This document shows, piece after piece, positions 47,478 through 61,600 of a stretch of DNA of 64,000 nt. The DNA lies in contig JBHGNT010000008.1 of the NCBI GenBank assembly GCA_043228905.1, positions 22,320,001 to 22,384,000 of the forward strand, read 5' to 3'. Position numbers and translations under genes: made by a program. Each line of letters begins with the position of its first letter. Within the stretch, counting starts at the first letter, position 1. The notes beneath the pieces are model-generated. The model did no database searches, was not told the DNA's origin, and worked only from the letters and a program-made list of their open reading frames with translations. This stretch comes from Azolla caroliniana (lineage: Eukaryota; Plantae; Polypodiophyta).

Positions 47478-49320
47478 GGCCAAAGCGAGTGAGAGAGACG
47501 AAACCCAAGAAGTCTTCTTGTATGAGAGAAAATGTTATTGTATATGTATGTATGTTCTCAGAGGTGGTTCCTGGGGTTGGGGCAGGGGCTTCTTCCTTGT
47601 TCAAAACAAAAGAAATTGACGGATCCCCCAAGTTCCAATCCCATTTCCATTTCCTCTCTCTTTGTCCGGGTGCGTGCGTGCTTGTGTCAGCTCTCTCAAT
47701 CCAATTAACTCACGCCAATTTACCTCACCTCATTTTTCCATTCAATGGCATCCAATGGCCAGCAATAGACCATTTCATTTACATATGGTTTGCTTTCAAA
47801 TCTTCTAGAACTACTCGTTTGATTCGAATTCAAGGGCTCCAGACTACTCATCTTTGAATCAATATTTTTTGGAGCTAACTTGCAAGTGTGTGATCTCAAA
47901 TGAAACACTTCTAGACTCTCTCATAATAGATATAGTCGGTCAATGTCAAACTTGAACCTAAAACAACACTAGACTGGCTGGCAAAGCATAGAATTCTATG
48001 CGACTACACCATGATGCTCCTTTGAACTTGAAAAGTTGAAGAGTTATATCTCAAGGGAGCTAATAAGTGAGCATATCACACTAGAATGAAGGATCATTTT
48101 CTTAAAATCAATGAAGACACTGCGATGTATGTGATGAACCACTTGGGGCACCCACACCTTCTTTCCACAATAATTCTACATGGACTCTCTCTTTCCTCCC
48201 TCACATCTAGCGCTAGGCAAAATCTCTAGCCTCTACCGGAATTTTTCCTGCTTCTTTTGAACCTAACCGAAATTTTAAAATTTTCACCAACCACTTTCCT
48301 ACAAGCAATAATGTCAACTGGAACATGGTGAAATTTTTTTTTTATTGCATAGCAAAACAAGTGATAATGTCAACCGAAACATGTTGAAGAATTTTTTTTA
48401 ACACATAGCAAATCAAATAATAAAAATTAGTGTAATACAATGTTGTGAGCCATATTGTACCGATAATGTAGAGTATGCTCGACTAACATAATCTATGATT
48501 CCATTTATAAGAAGGCGAAACACATATACACAATCCATGTATTCTACAGAGAATAAGCAAATTAAAATACTTCGGATATATGGAAGATTACGAGGCAATA
48601 AAGGATCAAGTTTCCACTATAGATCTTCCAATCTATCAAAAAATAAAGAAGAAAGAGGAAGCCTCACATTAGCCTATACACGCATGCAATCACATAGAAG
48701 CAGGAAAATTTCCGGCAGGGGCTAGAGACTTTGCCCAACATTATTGCTGACCATGGCCGACAAAAGTCCCAATCTAGCTGGAACGTTGATACTGTTCTTG
48801 GGACTTTGCCCAACACTGCTCACATCTATCTCCCCTCACTTTGGTACCCCGGGAAAAAAATTATACCTAGAGTGGCTACAAGTATAAATGTATAAACCAA
48901 TGCTTCCATAGGAGTAACAAAGCTTATAGAGTATCTTTTCATACTTTCATTAGATTTTGTTGGCCACCCACATGGCAGAGCTTTAGTCCACTTTCACCAG
49001 TCTCACGTGAGGGGAAAAAGCAACAAAGGACATTTTTCTCTCCACGCAACGGCAATATCTGTTTAACGTGAATGTTTTTTCTAACTAATCGGCAAGGCAT
49101 TTCTTGGGATCTATGGCCGCCCACCGTCCGCACGAAAGAAAGTAAAGGCAAACGAGACACGGTCGCTTTAGATAACTGTGAATTAAAGAAGAAAGTGGTA
49201 TACCGTATACCTATAATACAAGCAGGCCAGCAGCAGGATTAGGCAACAAAAAGAGAAAAGCCAAACCGGACGCCACACCACAGCACGCCAAGTCTACTGC
49301 TGAGTTGGAAAAGCCAATAC

Positions 49321-49470
49321 AGAAGAAGAAGAAGAAGAAGAAGAAGAAGAGATGAAGAGATGAAGAAGAAGCGGCGGCAGCAGGAAGAAGGGGAAGAGAA
49401 GAGGGGGGAGGGCGGTGACAGAGAGCTGCTGGGCTGGGATGGGCGAAGAGAGAGAGAGAGAGAGAGATAG
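49321..49470. repeat. (GAA)n and (GA)n microsatellites upstream of the trihelix gene
   Basis: Seen directly in the sequence. Confidence 0.9.
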
Positions 49471-49790
49471 TCAATGAATGATAGCTGGCGCGTGTGGACG
49501 CGCGCGTGGCGGGCGTTGATGGGATGGCTAGCGCCCGCCCGGACGCACCGCCCAGCACGCACCACCGCCGCCTTTTTCTTCCTCTTCCTTCTTCTTTACC
49601 CTCCTCCTCCTCCTCCTCCTCCTCCCTTTCTGTCTTTCTCCCTCCCTATCCCACGCTCCCCTCTCTTCTCCTCTCTCTTCAGCTTTAGCTCCTTCTCCTT
49701 CTCCTTCTCTCTCTTCTCTTCTCTTTCCTTTTTTCTGCTGTTTGCCTGCCTAGGAGCCTGCCTTCTCAACATACATACATACATACATAT

Positions 49791-50366
49791 ATGCCTGTTT
49801 CTGAGGACATGAACGCCGCGGCGGCATCAGATCCGGCGGCGCAACAACGGCGTCGGATGGAATCAGGTTGCTCACAAGTAGTGAAGAAGAAGAAGAAGAA
49901 GGCCCCTCCGGGCACATGGTCGCCCATGGAGACCATCCATCTGATTGAAGCGTACGAGGAGAAGTGGTACTCCCTGAAGCGCGGGCAGCTCCGCATGTCA
50001 GACTGGGAGGAGGTAGCAGAGTCTGTGGCTGGTCGCGTGGCAGGGCATCCAGACGCCACCACACGGAAGTCTTCGGTGCAGTGCCGCCACAAGCTCGAGA
50101 AGCTGCGCCGCCGCTACCGAGCCGAGCTCCCCGTCCTTCTCCTCCAAGGCCCCCGTGCCTCTCGCTGGCCCTTCTTCCAACGCATGGATGTCATGGAGAG
50201 GGGCCATCATGCCTCTAATGCCCCTCCTCCTCCTCCTGCCAAGGCTGGAAATAACCTCCCAGGTCGCCATTCCAGTCGCTACTCCAATAAGGCCGTTGGA
50301 TTGAGCTTTGGAGTTGGATATGGCCGAGGGAATCCAAACGAATCCACCATGAGCCTAGAAGAAGAA

Positions 50367-50398
<32 letters not shown>

Positions 50399-50942
50399 TG
50401 AAGAAGAGGCGGAGGATGACGATGCAGGGGAGGACTCAGATCAGCCCCCTCCCGCAAAGCCATTTCCAAATAACCGCAGCAACAGCAATACTAAACGCAG
50501 TCGGCCATGGCCAGCTCATCTGCATCGGCACATCGTCAATGAAGACTATCGCTATTACCAGCACCAGCACCAGCACCACAATGATGGCTATGGCTACACG
50601 CCTAGTTCGAATTTTAATCCTAGGAAGCAATATGTTGATACTCCCATCAGCAGCCAGAAGCATGAATATGTAAGAAACCACCCTAGGTATTTCCTAGAGA
50701 AACTTGGTCCCTCCTCAGAACTCATTTCTGTTCTCCGCTATTTGGGCGAGGGTTTTCTAAGGATGGAACAAATGAAGATCCAGTTGCAGAGAGAAACAGA
50801 GCTATTTCGAGCCGATATGGAACTAAGACATACAGAGATGGTTCTAGAAGCACAGAAACAGATCTCGTGGGAGTTCTCGGCAGCACTAGGAAGCATAAAT
50901 AAGAAGGCAAAGAAGCTTCACAGTGCCCCGCAAGACAATTGA
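49791..50942 (+). CDS. Trihelix transcription factor (Myb/SANT-like domain, ASIL/SIP1-type), single exon
   Basis: WSPMETIHLIEAYEEKW...LRMSDWEEVA...QCRHKLEKLRRRYRAE...SRWPFFQRMD; poly-Glu tract; C-terminal helix GEGFLRMEQMK; start may be ATG 49810. Confidence 0.93.
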
Positions 50943-52069
50943 AGTAAAGCAAGCTACTTAATAGTCTCTGCAAGGATTTGTGCATCCAATTTCACTGGGG
51001 TACTTAATGTCGTCTGTTGTAAGGTTTGGAACTGTCCATTGCTAATTGTAACAGTCTTGTTAGACAATTTTATCGCTGGATCAAATACATTCTACTTTCC
51101 TTTTTTTGGGTGAGGGTTAGAACTAGCATAGCGTCACGGTGAATGTTATGCTAATTATACGAATGTTGTGCTCTTTGTATCTGGGCCCTTAATTAAATGG
51201 TTTTGGGGAAAACTAGCTTGATTTAGTTGGGAAGAAGAAAGCTTTCTTGAATTCTTAAGTAGATGGGCTTTAAAAGAGACAGGAACTCGGAAACTGCTGT
51301 CTTAATGCCTGTTTGGTTCCCAGAGACTGCACCAGGAGTAAAACTTCTGGTTTGCTTTCTAGTTTTACCTATATATTCTCTTCTTGGATCTTATGAAAGT
51401 GTACACTGTGAGAATGGGGTGTTAATGGATTTCGCATTTGCATCTTGGCATTGGATCAAACTCTTGGTTTGGATGTATATATATCCTTCTGAGTCAAATT
51501 CTTCTACTCTTATGGCATATCCCATCTACTATTTAGTGCAAGAATTCTGGGTGTTGTATTCTATCTATACAACCAATACCTTTCTCCAGGTGTTGTACTA
51601 GGCCATGCAAGATTTGATTTCCACAATCGGATGTATAATAACTCCACTGTGTGAAAGATGAGGTTTTCCTTACTTCCTAGTGAGTAGCGTCAGGATGGCA
51701 ACAAACAGAAAATGGAAATTGAACCTTCCACATCTTGATATGCATCTAGACTTACATGCATGCCTTGCCTATCTAGTATATGCATCCAGCCAGACACCAT
51801 GGATTAAGTGTGTTAGTGGATCTATAATACTCTCTAGTGCACTCACAAAAGAGGCAAAAATGTGCTATTTATAGAGCAGAATATTGTTTTTTAATCAGTA
51901 CAGGAGAAAAAATAAATCTTGATGGCATGAGAGCTTTTCTTCTTTTCATGATGAGGGGCTTACAGTTTTTGTCTTTCACATAAAGTTGAAAGCGTCTGGC
52001 AGTGTTTTAATGTAATACTACAGTCTACTTCAAAAGACAAAATCTTCTGTACATGTCCCAGAACCCTAA

Positions 52070-52117
<48 letters not shown>

Positions 52118-52401
52118 GATTAGCAAACGAAGTTCTCTTAGTGGGGGCATGAGATTTTTCTCCTCTCCCATTGTCTCGATGGAGATAGAAGATGATATCT
52201 ACCTGATAATATATAAAAGAAATTAATTTCATGATTTTATACTCTTGGCTTTTTTATTGTAATCTCAGGATTGGGATGTATAACAGAAATTTACTGATGC
52301 CCTCGGTTGAAAAATGTTGCTCTTGGTGAAACTTGGAAATTGATTTACGTGGGAACTTTATGGATGAAACAGCATATAAATGGATATATGATCAGTGAAT
52401 C

Positions 52402-52675
52402 CATAGTATGAACCATACGTACCATACTTACACCCGCGAAAATACCATCAAAGAATGATAAATACCATACTTTTGGATTAACTATTTATTATGAGGTAAA
52501 TAAACCTAAAAAGGGAAAAAACAAAAAAAATACTAATTATTTATTATGAAGTAAATAAACCTAAAAAAAGGAAAAAAACAAAAAAACACAAGAATGTTTG
52601 AATAACATTCGCATTCGTTTTCAAACATAGGAAAGCGAATGTTATGCTAGACGAACATGAATTTTATGTACTATG
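52402..52675. mobile_element. hAT-type MITE, TIR CATAGTA(T/C), 8-bp TSD AGTGAATC
   Basis: TSD at 52394-52401 and 52676-52683; second copy at 58128-58357. Confidence 0.85.
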
Positions 52676-53795
52676 AGTGAATCTATTCAGAATACAATTC
52701 GTAGCTACACCAATATTGATGGAGCTTCAGGTCTTGATTTGTGACCCAAATATGGAATCATTCACCTTATTATACATGGGCATGAAAGTGAGAAAACCCT
52801 TTTGTGAATAGCCAACAACACCGAGTCATGAGCTTCCATATTGCATATCTCCGTAATATCCCATCCATCCCATATTGTTTACTCTAGATGTTTTGTCAAT
52901 AAGGTGCAACTAACTACAAAGCCTTGGGTTGGAAGGATGTATATATCGATGCCTAATCGAACTACATCAGGTAGAGCTCAATAATCTAAGGGTACAATCT
53001 TGTGGGTGGGAATAGAAGATAGTAAGAACGAAAAATTCTAGGAACAACCTTTAGACAATCATAAAATCCTTGCTCTTAAAGTGTAGATCAATCATAGAAG
53101 TGGATTTAAGTAGGGATAAGGATGCATTATATTTAATGCATGTGATCAAGAGACGGTGAATCCATAGTTGACAAACTTGACATAGTATCACACTTGGGTC
53201 AAACAAAAATTATTGAAGGACAAATAAGAACCTTCCCAACAATGCAACCCTCCACAAAAAAAACTTAGGATATAAAGTCTATTTGCATATAGAAGGAAAA
53301 ATATAAATATGTAAACAATCAACTTAGGATATAAAGCCTATTTGAATATAGAAGGAAAAATATGTAAATAATCGTACTCTACAACCGCTTCCACACTAAT
53401 TAGACATTGACATGATCCATGATGAACTTCCAATCCCAAAAGATTGTGATAACTACTTTTGAGATTGTGATAATCTTTGACGTGATCCATGATGAACTTC
53501 CCGTATCCATTACCATGCAGCTCTTCATTCTTCATTTTTTCCTCACATCCTCTGATGGGTATATCATCTAGGAAATGTGTGCTTATGTGAGAAAAACAAT
53601 CTTGGAGAACTTTGTGCATATTGTTCATCATGTGAGCAACTACATTGGTCGCACCTCGAGGTAAGGTACACAACAAAAGTAATCTAATAAGATTCTCGAT
53701 GGAGATAAGATCTCAGCTATCGACTACAAGCTAGAATTGGTCGTTGCTGGAGTACAAATCAACCGTGAAGTAGATCGCCCTCCCAACGAACATCT

Positions 53796-53881
53796 TGTTG
53801 AAGCATGAGACCGTCAGTGTGAAAACAAGAACAACATCAATGATTACAAGATCAACAAGTTAGCATGGTAGAACAAGATCA

Positions 53882-53920
<39 letters not shown>

Positions 53921-54500
53921 GCACACAATATGTATTTGTATTATTCGAACTCAGAGTTACAATAGAATGGAGACAACCACCTTAACAGTAGGTTACAAGA
54001 GTAAGTTTAAATACTAATTGACTTAGGGCAATTGCCCTTTCCACTATTTACAGAAGTAGCCTAAACCTAGTGTGTCCAATGGGACAATGTGAATATGGCC
54101 ATATAGACCCATATTCGACACTCCCTCGTAATGGGCGTATACAACAAAAAATCTGTAATAAAAGAAGTAAACAAGAAAAATAAAGATTTATACAATGTTG
54201 TCGAACAAATCAATTTTTATTAAAGTCGGCAAACTCCTAGAACAGAAGGCCGAGTCACCCGGGGTTGGAAGGGTTGAAGCCGAACCTCAAATAGTCGATG
54301 TTGATTGTCTAAAATTGTCTTGAATGTCTGACTTCATCGGACTGATTCTTCATTACACCCATCTATGCCTAACGGATCTGAATTGATCCGCCGAAAGACA
54401 CTTGGTCATCTCATTTGTGACATTATTGGATGTAGGTGTCTTCTTGAGGCCGATTTGACCCGAAATGGCGTTGTCCCGAACAAAGTGATATCGAACAAAG
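53796..54500 (-). mobile_element. 3' fragment of a C-family copia (3' LTR 53796-54120, PPT, RNase H end)
   Basis: LTR end TATTCGACA, CTCCCTCGTAATGGGCGTATAC and RYHFVRD...MTKCLSADQFRS all match element C. Confidence 0.8.
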
Positions 54501-55496
54501 CGGCGATCAAGTAATCTTTGTCGGCCTTTACTACCGGAACAATACCCCACAACTCCCGCTCGATCTTGGGCGTATCCTCGCTGTCGCTCACTCAAAAACT
54601 TCACTCCGAATTGGATGACGAACCTCGTGCCGTCTTCATCCTCCTGGTTGATCATCCACCTGATTCCAGTTAGATAGTGTCGACCATCATATAAATAGGG
54701 GACTCCTTTCCATAGATTACCTTCTGGAGAGTTGATGTCGTCGTCAACATCCTCTTTAGTCTCCTTACTACTTCCGTGTGTTCTTCACCCATTCGAACTT
54801 CCACTCCTTCTTCGATAAACCGTACAGTGGCTCTGGAATATGTGCGTAGTGGGGAACCCAAATGTGGTAGAAGACACATGCTCCTAGGAATCGTTGGACC
54901 TCCGTTGTCATCATGTATTCTTCCTTCATTGCCAAGATGGCCTCTACCTTCGTCAAAGACGGTTTCCGACCGTAAGGTCTACAAGCCTAAAGCCTAAACT
55001 TAAATGCGGATTGAAACTGAGATGGTGCGATTGTGGAGATGACAAGCCGGCTACAACCAACCATATACATGTGATACGCAGACGTGAACTCAACACAAAT
55101 GTAAGACACCTAATACTCAGAGTATTGGAGACAACATAATTCTATTAAGCAAAAAATGATACACAGTTTTTCGATCATCCTTTACAAGCTTTCCATGGCG
55201 CTTTATATAGGCTCATGGGCGGTTACGTCTATGTGTGAACCGTTGTGACTATTCAATACTTTTCTATTTTTACGCTTGTCTATTTCTTGCCTAGTAATTA
55301 GTTGTCCCTACCTGTTTCATTAACTCTTTCTAACCGTCCTCCATCTATTTTATACTTGGGTGTTTGACCCGACCAACATGCTACATGTCAGCGATCCAAG
55401 GGTGGGCTACCTCGCACTTTGGTCGTTGATGGGAGGTTGAAGTGACACGGGAACACCACACTGTCATTCGGGCGTCAATGACTCAATTGTCACTCA

Positions 55497-55817
55497 AGCC
55501 CAATGCATGCGGATGTAATGGCTTCTTTCCTTCTCATGACCACACCATATGTTGGCACTCTATACTCTAGCTAATAATGCACTCTCCTCATTTTCCTCTT
55601 CTTCCTATATTGTAAGGGTGTTTACATTGCATGTTTCTTCAACCACATGTCTCTTTCGAGCCCAATGCATGCGGATGTATGGCTTCTTTCCTTCTCATGA
55701 CCACACCATATGTTGGCACTCTATACTCTCGCTAATAATGCACTCTCCTCATCCTCATCTTCTTCCTATATCGTAGGGGTGTTTACATTGCCTATTTCTT
55801 CAACCACATGTCTCTTT
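55497..55817. repeat. ~162-bp tandem duplication in a decayed gag region
   Basis: AGCCCAATGCATGCGGATGTA... occurs at 55497 and 55659. Confidence 0.85.
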
Positions 55818-58127
55818 ATCTAGATCGCATCGATGATCACTTCATCAAACTCTTTTGCGATCTCTAAGACTTTTTGAAGTGTCAACTCGACTTTATTGTC
55901 GAGAATCCTAGACTGTAAAACCTTCTTTAGGCCGGCGGATGTTTCGATGTCAGGCAAGTTTGAATGTTGAGGTGGCCTTCTATGTGAACTTGAGTTGTAA
56001 ATCCTTCGTTCTCTTTATTCGCTCATTGATTGTTGACTCCAACACTTTTCCTTTGCCAACATCATCTTGGATTCTTGCTTTGGATGCTCTATAGCAGTCG
56101 CCTTTATCCAGCTGGGATAGCCATCATCCTTAGTACTGTCCTTCTGAGTACTCAGCAAGCCTCCAATCACACTCATCCACTCAGACACCAAACCATCGTT
56201 CTTGTCATGTCCTCTAGAATAATTATGAGATATTTCTCTGACTCTTATTGAGAGCTCAATATATCTCTTTTTAAACTCTATCACTAACTTTTAGACTAAG
56301 TGGCCTTTACCCCCTTTCTTAGTCCACTCAAGAAAGCTCTTTTCTGTCATCCGGGTTCGGTCATCTAACATATATTCATTGAGTAATGCTTGACCGAAAT
56401 CGGCTAGTCTTCATGGAACCTCCCCTACATTTCGATTGCCCTTGATCATGCATCCATTGTGTAGTTCTGGTTTATCTACAACATTATCTGTACCCTATTT
56501 CCCCCTCTGCTAGCCATCTCGTATTCATAGACCTCGAAGTATCGAGTGATGTCCTCGCCATTGAACTTGTCTATTTTCTCGATGACCGTTTGTACAAACA
56601 ATGTTAACTTGTTTTCCATCCAATTCATTGCTTTGCTCTTGCAACATCCAACTCATCATTGTCATCATGAAACTTGCCATCTCTATGTTGAATCCTTTGT
56701 CCGCCATCTCTATTGATCTTTTGATCTTCGCGTCAATGATTAGCAACACTTCACACCGGGTTCACCAAATTATGTTGTAACGGTTGTGATATGTGTATCG
56801 AACCCCTGGGGTTTTTTATGAGGAGAGTTCATAACAAAAAAAGAGAGAAACAAGCATGGACAAGAAATGAAGATAGTGCATTTGATAAAACTATGTTTTA
56901 TTATATCGTAAATACAAGATTTTACCGAAGTTACAACAGTTTATCGTAATTCTTATCTTTGTCAAACTCTAGCTCGAACCCTTAACTTCGATCTTGAGAG
57001 ATGATATACTTTCCAAATGAGCTAACTCAACATCTTGAATGTTTAATCACTTAATCAATTGATTACTTGATCAGTGGTACATGCTTCCTTTCCTTTCTTT
57101 TATATAAGTTTTCGAATGCATGTGAGAGTGCATGAGATGCATGCAATGTGATGTGTGATCGTCACTTGGCACATATCAGCTACATGTGATGTAGCATAGC
57201 CATGTTGCTCATCTAAGTCACCATGTACGATATACACATAAGACATAGGCACAATGATGAGAACATAACCTTACAGAAGAGCTTATCCTAATGGTTCATA
57301 CAAGGTCACGCCTTATGAATCTCACTTGATATAATACTTGAGTTTGTTTTTATATCATGAAGCAATTGCTTCAGGACACCGTAAATATTTGTTACTCACT
57401 TCCATATGTATTGCGTGAAAATGCTATGTTTTTGTCTCATACATCATGTTTGACCCCCACAGACTAATACAATCTCTCTCTCTCTCTAATGGGCAATAAT
57501 ATAGAATGCTTAATGCAAATGGTGTATAACCAATCACTTACATAGTTTATGTTGTGTATAACCAATCAAGATGAATGTTAACATCGATTAAGGCTTGTGA
57601 CCAAAATCATACATCAAGTGTAAAGAACTATATCCAATTCCTGTAAGAAATGCATGTTGGACAACTTATCAATTGAACTACGACCTTCTCGGCCCTCTTC
57701 CCCACCACCCTCTCTCTCTCTTAATCGTATATAACAATGGAGCAAGCTTTGCGATGCCTCCCATGCACAATACATACATACATACATCTCCCTTTCACAA
57801 GATATAGAATATGGCACACACCATGTCCATTATACTCATAGTTATGACTAGGGTTCTTGCCCCTTAAGTTATATTAAACTGACTACAATGCAACATGGCT
57901 TCAACCCTCTCACTTGTTTCTCTTCTAACACTACCCTTGGTTACTCCTTTATAGAATCATCATCATATTGACGACTTTGGTTTGTTATGAAGCATCATCA
58001 TCATCATCATCAAGAGTAAAAAATAAGTAAAAATGAAACAAGTGGAAATTAATGGTCATAGAACAAAGTGATTGGAAAAGAAATGCAATGGGTTGCTAGA
58101 GCATCCATCAAAAGTACTTTGGAGTCC

Positions 58128-58357
58128 CGTAGTATGAACCATACGTACAATAATTGCATTCGCATTCGTGAATGTTTCAATCATTCGCGTAAGAAAAACA
58201 CCCTCAAAGAATGATAAATACCATACTTTTGGATTAACTATTTATTATGAGGTAAATAAGCCTAAAAATGGGGGAAAAACAAAACAAAAAACACAAGAAT
58301 GTTTGAACGTAGGAAAACGAATGTTATGCTAGACGAACACGAATTTTACGTACTATG
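58128..58357. mobile_element. Second copy of the hAT-type MITE, in the E2F upstream region
   Basis: CGTAGTATG...CGTACTATG termini and internal homology to 52402-52675; no clear TSD. Confidence 0.75.
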
Positions 58358-58630
58358 CAAGTTTGGACATATCGTTGGGCTGATTATAGCTGCGTGCATA
58401 GAGAGAAAGGAGTGAAAAAGAAAAACACTTAGAGACCAGAAGAAGGTTGGAAAGAATGAGGAAGAAAAGGTAAGGAGGAGCATGGATGGATAGGCGCGAG
58501 GATGTAAAAACAAAAAGAAATAAACCATTCAAAAACGTTGCTATCCTTTTTATTTTCTTTTTCGTCTGGGCTCTCTAATCCGGCTTTCTATGCAAACCCC
58601 AATCTCCATTTTGTTTTCTTTTTTTGCTTG

Positions 58631-58638
58631 CCGCCAAA
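58631..58638 (-). promoter_or_regulatory. E2F/DP binding site TTTGGCGG near the presumed E2F transcription start
   Basis: Matches the plant E2F consensus WTTSSCSS; lies in a pyrimidine-rich 5'-end-like region. Confidence 0.55.
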
Positions 58639-61600
58639 ATTTCTTCCTTCCCTGCAATTCTCGTCGCTCGCTCTGTCCCCTCTGCCTTGAACAGGGAAGC
58701 TGACTGTTGACCTTACGATTCATCATTTATCTCTCTGTGTTTTGGGCTTTGATTTCCATCTCTTTTCTTTCCTACTCTCTTTCTTTCTCTGTCTTGGGGA
58801 ATTCTTCCAAATTTCGACCTTCACTTGGTTTAGCGAGAATCAGAACAGATCTGGTTCATGGGCTAAGCTTACAGTTTAAAAAGAGCGGAGACAATTGGTT
58901 CTCTTTCTTATTATGTGAGCTCATGCCATATATGCGTGCATAGAGGGGTGCACCCTTTCTAGTCCTGTAGAGAAGACATCTGTGGAGGATCAACATTCAG
59001 TGTTGCAGTGACGAGAAATTTTCAGTGTACACATTGAAGAGTAAAGTTCGGCCTAGTGATCGAATTGCAAATTATGACTATATTGCTTGGGGCCTCAAGG
59101 TACCCCCCTTTGTTTCTATCACTCTTTTGCATTTTACTAGGTATGACATAAAAATTTTAGTGCCATCATTCATTCTTGGAATGACTATAATTCTCAATTT
59201 TTTCTTTAAAACACATTCGGATTTAGGGTTCAATTATTCACTTGTAATTCCATATCAGGGCCCTCAAGTGTTACCTTAGACAATGCAATATTTTAATGGC
59301 TGGTGTGAACCCTTCTCTCATCTTATGGTTAGGCAAGGATAAGATAGTTTTAAATACTTTGGATACCCTTTACTAGGTAGTCCTTTTTACCATATGTTAT
59401 AACAGCTGCTAAGATTTGGGATGTGAACTTCACACATAAAACGTTCAACGTATGAGAACGTTGAATCACTTATATAAGTATATAAATTATGCTCCTCAAT
59501 GGTAATTCTAAATAATTAACATCTCCATCTCATTGATGATGTTAGGAATGCAAATGCTAGCAAGTATAATCACAGCTGGAGGTTGTATGAAACACATTAT
59601 CATGTTTTTGCCATTTCTGGATCAGTTTTTTGAGTGTTGGAAATGAATCTTTTTTAAGATATCATGGTTTCTATTGCTAGCAAAATCATTTGCTCAACCA
59701 TTCTGTGATTATGCAAAGGCAGGCTAGGACGAAGATATTGAAGACCCAAATTCACCTTCAGGATCTAAGGATAAATGCCCAAAAAGATAATGATGCCATT
59801 CTTTTGGATTCTTACTGTATCTTTTGAAAAGTTTCTCTTATCCCTCTATGATGTGAACGTTGGATGAAATTCTTGGTCCACTTCTCAACGTCTTTGAAAG
59901 AGAATAATTTTAATGGTGATTGGGCTCCGAATGTGAAACTACTAAAATGGTTGATCATTTTCCTTCAGAATGGGTGTAGTTTGTTTCATTATTCTAGCTC
60001 TAAAAATGCATGATCAGGAACATCTATGGCACTTTGCTGGCTCTAAAACTTAGTTTGAGAACTGCATAAGATATTAAAGAAAAGTAAGATATCTGGCCTA
60101 GAATATCTATTGATATTATTATGCAGGAAAATGTTTCTTATTAGATTGGCTGTGACCACATGTGGCACAAACTTCATATCATGGTCATTTATAATACTTA
60201 AAACTTAGAGAGCATCATATCGAATTAACTTAGTATACTGGGTGTGAAAGAAGGAATTTCTCCTAAAAGCATTGTCTGACCACCTCAATTTTTCATTTCC
60301 TTGTTCGATATCCCTCTTATCAGAACAGGGAATGTCCATTTTGGGGTCTATTCCCAACCCCATTTCCCTATCCCTGAAATGAGTTCTAGGTGTCCGCCGC
60401 AAAGGGCATCAAAGGTCTTTGGTCTTGAAATAATCTCCCGAGTCCCGTATGATTCAGGGCAGACATTTTTGTAAACTAGAATGCCTGATGAAAAGCACAC
60501 TACCATCTGAGAAATGCTGATCAAGATCCTGAAATCTCCTCGTAACTCCCCTACAACTTAGGGAAAAAATTTTGTAGCCTGGAATACCTCATGAGAAACC
60601 CAAAGTCAAGCTTTGTTCCTACATTTGGGGAACACACTGTCTACTGCAGGTTGTTCCATTATTTCCCTCAAAGATTTGAATGCAGATTTTCCTAAGGATC
60701 CTTAAGCTAAGGTAGTACGTTTTGGATAAGAAAAAGATAAATATAGGGAAAAGATAGAAAAAGATGATCAACCGTCTTTGAAAATATGAAAATTATGTTC
60801 AGTCATGTGTAAGTGAATGCTTTCTACATCAATCTATATGATCCACTGCTGAAAGTTTCTTCATGAACTATATAATGATGCTGGTAGTGATTCTGGTTAT
60901 GAGGGATTGTATTCATCAGCCAAGGTATCATAACCTGTCAAAGTCAGATGCTACACAGGTGACCTAAATCAGGGGATAACAAATGCAAGGAGATGATGTG
61001 GTATTGGTGTTTCTTAATGTGTTGTCCAGTTACGAATGGATTTACAATGTATTTTTCGTTTAAATGTCTGAGTGTCATTATTAAGTTGCGTCTCCCCAAT
61101 CAGAGTACGGTCTATTGAAGAATGCCTCCTTCCTCATTATATCTTTCTTGTTGACCCATAATCCCGTGGGTCGAGAAGAGTATAGTAGGCACTCTCTTTA
61201 CGATGGAAAAATGATTCCTAATTAAAATTTTATTCACAGATTGCTAAGGATTCTTCAATAGACCCTAAACCCTGCTACTTACAACAGAGTTCTTCCTTGC
61301 CTGTGATACATGGTTTCTTCTTTTGCAACACGGATTTTATGAGTTGCAGTCTCTAACTTATCTACAACCATTCGAGATAAATGTGGATTTTAACACTTAT
61401 GTAATAAGCACTTCTGAACCCAAGCTCCAACTCCACATCAAAAAACTGCTACTATCCTCATTGGAAAATGCATTTCTCTTTGCTTATACTAAGCTTTAAA
61501 AGAAAAATGTATAAGTATAACTTATTTGTACAAACTCAAAACTCTACCATGTTATGTTACTTCAGAGGATACTAAAAGATGCATTAAATGTCCAATTCTG

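Larger units (their letters stand above)
53400..57300 (-). mobile_element. Rearranged gypsy remnants: RT ~53500-53795, RNase H ~54500-54960, gag ~55500-56690, tRNA-Trp PBS 56751-56767, LTR from 56773
   Basis: CTLPRGATNVVAHM...FLDDIPIRG; EVQRFLGAC; TGGTGAACCCGGTGTG PBS; boundaries approximate. Confidence 0.65.

Noticed and set aside
49211-49812. Low-complexity ORFs upstream of the trihelix gene
   Set aside because: Translations of microsatellite and pyrimidine tracts in the promoter/5' UTR.
58971-59040. Upstream E2F coding exon
   Set aside because: The AG/GT boundaries and phase are plausible, but there is no recognisable homology or start codon, so it is left uncalled.
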